DNA of 64,000 bases, taken from IMG/VR virus record IMGVR_UViG_3300023100_000003, positions 1-64,000 of that record. One strand, given 5' to 3'. This DNA comes from a virus. Its lineage: Duplodnaviria > Caudoviricetes. Below the pieces are notes generated by a model. The model ran no database searches. It was not told the origin of the DNA and saw nothing but the letters and a program-made list of their open reading frames with translations. The position numbers were made by a program, and so were the translations under genes. Numbering within the stretch: position 1 is the first letter of the stretch; every line of letters begins with the position of its first letter. Positions 58,963 to 64,000 of this stretch are shown here, one piece after another.

Positions 58963-59655
58963 ATGCCAAATGCACAAACAGCTTACTACACAACCAATCA
59001 CAATCCTAAAGTGATTAGTGATAACCTTGATGAAGTGAGATATGACGAAGAAAACATGGTGTTGTATGTTAAGTTCAACCATAACGGTGTGTGTGCTAAG
59101 TATATGGGTGTAACTAAAGAATACTATGATGGGATGATGGCTGCACCAAGTGCCGGAACATTCTTCTATCATAATATTCGTCAAAGTTTCCCTTTTAAAT
59201 ACATTACAGAGATTAAATCCTTTAAGAAAGGAGAAGATATTCTTAGTGATATATCGTTAGCTCATAGAAAGCTTAATGAATTAGATGCAGCTGAAAAGAA
59301 AGCTCAAGCACAACTAAAGAAAGGGATTATAGATCAGGATAAGTTTGACACAACATTAGAGGTGATTAATGGACTTAGGAAGAGGGCTGGAGACGCTTTA
59401 GATAGAGAGATGGGGGTTTATGTATCCCCTGCTGCAAAACGTCGTGAGGAGAAGCTCAGAGAGAAAGAGCTACAACAGAATTTAGCTATACAGTTAGCTA
59501 TTTTAGAGCAGAAGAAAGAGATTAAAGTTTATAATCTCAAGAAGATTGGGATGGGGGTTTTAATAGCGGCTACTGTAGTGTTTACATTTAGTCACATTTT
59601 AGTAGGTTTAATTGTATTGGGTATTCTTATACCAAAATTTAAGGAGATTAGATAA
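58963..59655 (+). CDS. KTSC-domain protein with coiled coil and C-terminal TM segments
   Basis: SDNLDEVRYD...LYVKF...YMGV...APSAGTFFYHNIR is a KTSC signature; hydrophobic C-terminus. Confidence 0.75.
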   Translation: MPNAQTAYYTTNHNPKVISDNLDEVRYDEENMVLYVKFNHNGVCAKYMGVTKEYYDGMMAAPSAGTFFYHNIRQSFPFKYITEIKSFKKGEDILSDISLAHRKLNELDAAEKKAQAQLKKGIIDQDKFDTTLEVINGLRKRAGDALDREMGVYVSPAAKRREEKLREKELQQNLAIQLAILEQKKEIKVYNLKKIGMGVLIAATVVFTFSHILVGLIVLGILIPKFKEIR

Positions 59656-60694
59656 TGAATTGTTTTAATACACTAACTTGCAATTGGTCTTTTGGTATGA
59701 TTGGGGAGCAAGCAAAAGAAGCTATAGAACTGGCTAAACTAACCAAAAGAACTATTGAGTTTACATTTAATGAATGCCAAATTATAGTTACTGAATCTGA
59801 CACACTTGCTACTATTGGTGAGCAGTACCATAATAAACTGAGGACTAATAGAGATGCTAACTAGAAAAGAATTAACAGCTTGGACTGATGCACTAAGAGC
59901 TAATCCAGAGCAACAGCTAACGGGGAGATTGACAAATTGTGATAATACCCGTTTTTGTTGTCTCGGAAAGTTATGTCAAGTTATGGGGCTAGTACCTACT
60001 CAAGTTCCTATTCCATTCAGCGAGTCTTTTAATTTAGGATACGGAAATCAATACTCAATCTTACCATCTGAGATGGAAGTATTTGGTGATTATAGAGGGG
60101 AATTCTGTGCACTACATATGCCAAACTTAGGAGAATACCATTCAGCAGCTTGTGCTAATGATGATGGAGTATCATGGTTAGAAATAGCAGATCATTTTGA
60201 TAAATACTACCCGTGTAGTGATGATAAACAATTAGAGGTAGGTGTATGAAAATATCAGGTTACTTAGCAATACTTACAGTGATATTTATAGTATTCACTT
60301 CTGTATGTGCTGAATTAGATTTAGTACCTTTAGGGTGGGGAATGGGAACTATATCTGTATTTTGTTCTGTATGTTGTTTAGTTAAATACTTGGGTAATGA
60401 ATAATGGATACAAAAGTTATTGGTGATACTATGACAGTAGGCAACAGATTAATTAAAATACAATTACCTATTTTGAAACATGGTTACACTTGGGCATTGT
60501 GGTATAACCCTACAGAAATACATGTAGGAGATAAAACTAACATAACGGGAGTAAGTGGTATAGGGTGTAATTGTTCAACATTGCAAGAGACTAAAGATTA
60601 TGCAATCAGTATATTGAAGTCTTATATAGAAATATTAGAGAATTACACAGAAGAGAATGTTATTTACGATAACGTGGGGAGACCCAACTTTTAA
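59655..60694 (+). other. Small hypothetical CDSs (59655-59864, 59854-60249, 60404-60694)
   Basis: Coupled ORFs; 59854 carries WTDALR...FCCLG...ND...EIAD, a recurrent phage motif. Confidence 0.55.
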
Positions 60695-60703
60695 GGAGGT
60701 GTT

Positions 60704-60898
60704 ATGAAAATTATTATTAGTTTAATATTGATGTTAGGCTTATCTGGATGTCAACCAACTATGACCAATGATGAGATAATTGCAGAGAAAGATAAATGCT
60801 TAAAGGGTGGGATGAGTTACACTATTCATTTAAACGGTCTTAATATGAAAGTTAATCGAGTTCAGTGTACTTATCCTAGTGGGAAAGACATAAAATGA
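60704..60898 (+). CDS. Small lipoprotein
   Basis: AGGAGG SD and LSGC lipobox. Confidence 0.65.
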   Translation: MKIIISLILMLGLSGCQPTMTNDEIIAEKDKCLKGGMSYTIHLNGLNMKVNRVQCTYPSGKDIK

Positions 60899-61116
60899 TA
60901 TTTGGTAAAACAACAGAACAAATGGAAGCAGAAGTACAGGAATACCTCAGAGAGTTACAAAAAGGATATATTTGGTTTGCTTGGTATCCTGTTCAATTAG
61001 ATAATGGTAGATGGATTTGGTTAGAGAAGGTTAGAGTATTTCCTCCTGTATACCAATCTTATGATAAGTTAATTTTATTAAGCCTTCCACCAAACAGATA
61101 CACCTTACCAAATTAA
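60895..61116 (+). CDS. Hypothetical protein
   Basis: WFAWYPV...GRWIWLEKV phage motif. Confidence 0.6.
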   Translation: MIFGKTTEQMEAEVQEYLRELQKGYIWFAWYPVQLDNGRWIWLEKVRVFPPVYQSYDKLILLSLPPNRYTLPN

Positions 61117-61313
61117 TATGAACCGCCCTTACTAAACCATTTATCTCCCTTATACTGGACTAATGGAAGGGACTCAGGGAGGAATACAGTTTCTTGTTTA
61201 CTTTGACAGATAGAGCAAGTAGGATGTGATTCAGATATCCTATGAGATACTTCAGTGATTGTATTGTGATTAGAGCAGGTAGGTAGGGTACAGCGGATGT
61301 TGTATGTAATCAT
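61113..61313 (-). CDS. FmdB-family zinc-ribbon protein
   Basis: MITYNIRC...C...CSIC...YKGDKWF; the only - strand gene recognised in the right arm. Confidence 0.6.
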   Translation of the reverse strand: MITYNIRCTLPTCSNHNTITEVSHRISESHPTCSICQSKQETVFLPESLPLVQYKGDKWFSKGGSY

Positions 61314-61369
61314 GTTAGTATGAATCTTAATGTTATTAGTTAGTATTATATAACTGTCCTTTGGTGAGT

Positions 61370-61745
61370 AAATTCTGGATAGAACTTCCCTATAGATCTC
61401 CATACCCCATAAGGAGCCTAAGAAGAACTATAAGTTAAATCCTCAGAATCTACTACCTAAGACATCTGTCCTTTGGAGCCGCAATATTCTCTGCACTACA
61501 GGCAGCATACAATTAAGTATGGGATAAGATAATAGACAGCTAATCTACATCTCGTGATGTGCTTCCGCTTTAGCCAGCGTCATAGCCCTGTCACATCAAC
61601 TCATCTAAGAGCAACTTCCTCAGGTTGAACATGCCTTCTTTGTTCTACTATTGGTACAGAAGAGGTTATCCCAGAAAACTCCCAATAGACAACTAAATCT
61701 TTAGTCATACATCTATGTTACCACGACAATTCAATTCTGTCTATT
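61370..61745 (-). ncRNA. Candidate large structured RNA or leader
   Basis: Nested stems TGGGATAA/TTATCCCA, GACAGCTA/TAGC-CC-TGTC, ACATC/GATGT, CGCT/AGCG, CTTCT/AGAAG; GC-richer than flanks; no convincing ORF. Confidence 0.45.
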
Positions 61746-62076
61746 AGTATTTAACTATCAAGTCAATAGTTTTAATTAATAATACCATTAATCCCCATAT
61801 AACCATTATGACTATAACCTATAACTATTCAATCTAAAAGATAGTGATCTTTTTGTTGACGTATGTTTACGTTCTACATAGAATGGCTTCCAACAGAGCA
61901 AGACACTATTTAGCGTAACTACACAAACAGATATAACTAAATAGTGTTTTGAGTTGAAGGATTTAGTTAATAGGATATATAAGTTACAAGGGATAAGCTT
62001 ACGCTTATAACACATAACACCAAGGAATGTGAGACTAATTAAGAACCATTAATTTGAAATTATTAGGAGATTCATT

Positions 62077-63000
62077 ATGAACGTAATCGCAAGTAATATT
62101 GTAAACAATAAGCCATGGTCTGGGTTAGGAGCTAAGATTGATCCTAGAGATAGTTTAGAGACAGCACTAGAGAAAGCAGAATTAGATTGGACTGCTAAAA
62201 GAACTCAAGTGTTATTCAATGTAGATAACAATCTTAAGTTAGGTAGTAGTCAAGTGTTGTATCGTTCTGATAACTGTTTCCAATTAGGGATAGTAACAGA
62301 TAAATACAATATTGTTCAACCTAGTGAAGTTATTCAAGGTTATAGAGATTTAGCAGCATTGAAGAACTGGCCACTAGAATATATGGGAATCTTGGATGGT
62401 GGTAGACGTATCTGGGCTTTAGCTAGAACAGATCGAACCACAGGAATAAAAGATAGTGAGATGACTACTTATCTACTCCTTACCACTACATATGATGGCT
62501 CTAGTGGAACGATTGGTAAGTTTATGAATCTCTCTAAGGATTGCACCAGTATTAGTCTAGCTGTAGCTGATAACCTTGCTTATGCTAAATTTAGTGTGAA
62601 TCATAAAACTGTATTCGATGCAGATAAGCTATCCCAGAAACTAAACTTGATAGATAAAGCAGGTAAGAACTTTGATGAATATGTCAATGTATTAGCTAAG
62701 AAGAAGTTATCTGGTGCTCAAGTAGGAAGATTCTTGATTGATCATTTTGAAGGAAAGAATGTAGAGGTTGATAAACTATCATCAAGACAAGCTAATATCC
62801 TTAAGGGATTGGTAGAGAATTTCGATAGTCATACAGAAACATCAATGAGAGGAACAGCTTTAGGACTTGTTAAAACCATAGCCCAACATGTAGACTACAA
62901 TGTAGGAAGAAACGTCAACAATCGTATGAGAGCTGCTTGGTTTGGATTAGGGGATAAACTTAAAGTTGACAGCTTTAATAATCTCCTTAAAATGGCCTAA
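62077..63000 (+). CDS. DUF932 (phage/plasmid-like) protein
   Basis: PWSGLG, LYRSD...LGIV...YNIVQP, GGRRIWALA, TYDGS and GTALGL. Confidence 0.85.
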   Translation: MNVIASNIVNNKPWSGLGAKIDPRDSLETALEKAELDWTAKRTQVLFNVDNNLKLGSSQVLYRSDNCFQLGIVTDKYNIVQPSEVIQGYRDLAALKNWPLEYMGILDGGRRIWALARTDRTTGIKDSEMTTYLLLTTTYDGSSGTIGKFMNLSKDCTSISLAVADNLAYAKFSVNHKTVFDADKLSQKLNLIDKAGKNFDEYVNVLAKKKLSGAQVGRFLIDHFEGKNVEVDKLSSRQANILKGLVENFDSHTETSMRGTALGLVKTIAQHVDYNVGRNVNNRMRAAWFGLGDKLKVDSFNNLLKMA

Positions 63001-63032
63001 CACTTAACTTAATATTAGATGAGGTATTCCAT

Positions 63033-63305
63033 ATGTCAAATGTACAATGTTCGTCCTGCAAACAACACAAGAAACAAGAGAACTTTACATCGCTTACTTT
63101 ACAATCAGAGGCTCCAGTATGTAATGCATGTGATCTGAAGATGTTGCAACGTAGACTAGAAGGATTTGATAGAAAGATAATTTCCTTAAAGCAACAACAG
63201 AGAGTGATTAAGGAAGTAGCCAAGCTTAGTGACAAACCTGTCGTAAAAGAAAAGAAACAGACATCACTAGGGTTCTTATCCAACCTCCTATCAAACGCCC
63301 ACTAA
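63033..63305 (+). CDS. Zinc-finger/coiled-coil hypothetical protein
   Basis: CSSCK...CNAC. Confidence 0.55.
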   Translation: MSNVQCSSCKQHKKQENFTSLTLQSEAPVCNACDLKMLQRRLEGFDRKIISLKQQQRVIKEVAKLSDKPVVKEKKQTSLGFLSNLLSNAH

Positions 63306-63322
63306 AAGGGCGTTTTTCTTTT
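63293..63322 (+). terminator. Intrinsic terminator
   Basis: AAACGCCC-ACTAAAA-GGGCGTTT followed by TTCTTTT. Confidence 0.8.
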
Positions 63323-63451
63323 ATGGAGAGTTAATTACCAAACATTTAGTTATATTTAAAAACACCTTTTATATGAATCCTTATACGAAAAGAATCTTTG
63401 CTATGTTATGTAGCACACATTATAATAGATTCTTAAACAATCACTACAAAG

Positions 63452-63745
63452 GTGCAAAAATATATGATAAACACTCTCAAAGCCCCACTGCAAATAATAC
63501 TCATAGGGCTGAGGAAGGTAGGAGTTCTAAAACCTTTATTATGTAGATATTGGAATTGGAGGGTACAACGTAATTTATCTATGTTGAAAGAATTAGAAGA
63601 GTTACAATCATGTCTAAGAAATCATCCTTCACGTGATAAAAAAGATTGCCTTAAAGTAGAGAGTCTGATAAACTGCTTACATCATGCAAATTCCAGTGCC
63701 TATATGGAATTGTTTAAACTTAACGGAGTGGGAGGTGTCGTATGA
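63452..63745 (+). CDS. Hypothetical protein
   Basis: ORF overlapping the next start (ATGA). Confidence 0.45.
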   Translation: MQKYMINTLKAPLQIILIGLRKVGVLKPLLCRYWNWRVQRNLSMLKELEELQSCLRNHPSRDKKDCLKVESLINCLHHANSSAYMELFKLNGVGGVV

Positions 63746-64000
63746 ATTATAAATTTGGTGAACTAAACGATGCACCTATAGAATTTGGATCTTCTTTAGG
63801 TGTTAAATTTAGCTGTGATAGGGGCGATTTAAGGAATACTGTAGAAGTGAGAGTACCTTTATGGGTCCATGAAAATAGAACTTCTGAAGGACTACATAAG
63901 ATTCTAACCTCATCTTATTTTGAATTTGCATATTGGCACGCTATCAACATTCACCCAGTCCTTAACGGATTTAGAGGTTTTGATACTATTAGGTTTGAAC
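63742..64000 (+). CDS. Hypothetical protein, truncated by the window edge
   Basis: GGAGG SD, then MNYKFGELNDAPIEFGSSLG..., open to the end of the window. Confidence 0.5.
   Translation, partial: MNYKFGELNDAPIEFGSSLGVKFSCDRGDLRNTVEVRVPLWVHENRTSEGLHKILTSSYFEFAYWHAINIHPVLNGFRGFDTIRFE

Noticed and set aside
61590-61630. CUGAGGA (- strand) as a hammerhead core
   Set aside because: No GAAA after the following stem and no stem I/III arrangement found.
1-64000. Prophage, retron or diversity-generating retroelement
   Set aside because: No integrase, repressor pair, host genes, reverse transcriptase or TR/VR repeat pair seen in this window.

Overview
AT-rich 64-kb segment of a lytic contractile-tailed phage (myovirus). 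The host is probably a Gram-negative proteobacterium, given the two-component spanins, sigma70-type promoters and a chromosome-type parS. No integrase, repressor cassette or CRISPR array is visible. Positions 1-37.5 kb read leftward (- strand). In transcription order they carry a small A-family/T7-like (TV-Pol-like) polymerase, HNH nucleases, a probable TerS, a 700-nt non-coding block with tRNA-Met and tRNA-Pro, TerL, portal, S49 protease/scaffold, decoration, major capsid, neck, sheath, three tube-like paralogues, a frameshifting tail chaperone, tape measure, baseplate, fibres, a lysis cassette, and a second fibre/depolymerase module that runs off the left edge. Positions 37.9-64 kb read rightward: middle genes (PhoH, HslV-like protease, HAD nucleotidase, dCMP deaminase, nucleotidyltransferase, SLOG), a 1-kb non-coding control region, then many small early genes behind strong sigma70 promoters. 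Main observations: (1) the tape measure gene is split by a 906-nt subgroup IA2 group I intron whose HNH gene has its own internal promoter and SD-sequestering hairpin; (2) the 50.5-51.3 kb region is an array of about 12 covarying mini-hairpins with G/A-N-A or GNNA loops, contains a perfect chromosomal parS site and lies next to an HTH gene, and could be an undescribed origin/terminus module perhaps read by the TV-Pol-like enzyme; (3) several unannotated structured RNA candidates, one with multiple anti-Shine-Dalgarno loops; (4) a dispersed, ungapped intergenic element upstream of three promoters. All protein calls come from motif recognition and synteny by eye; no database searches were run.
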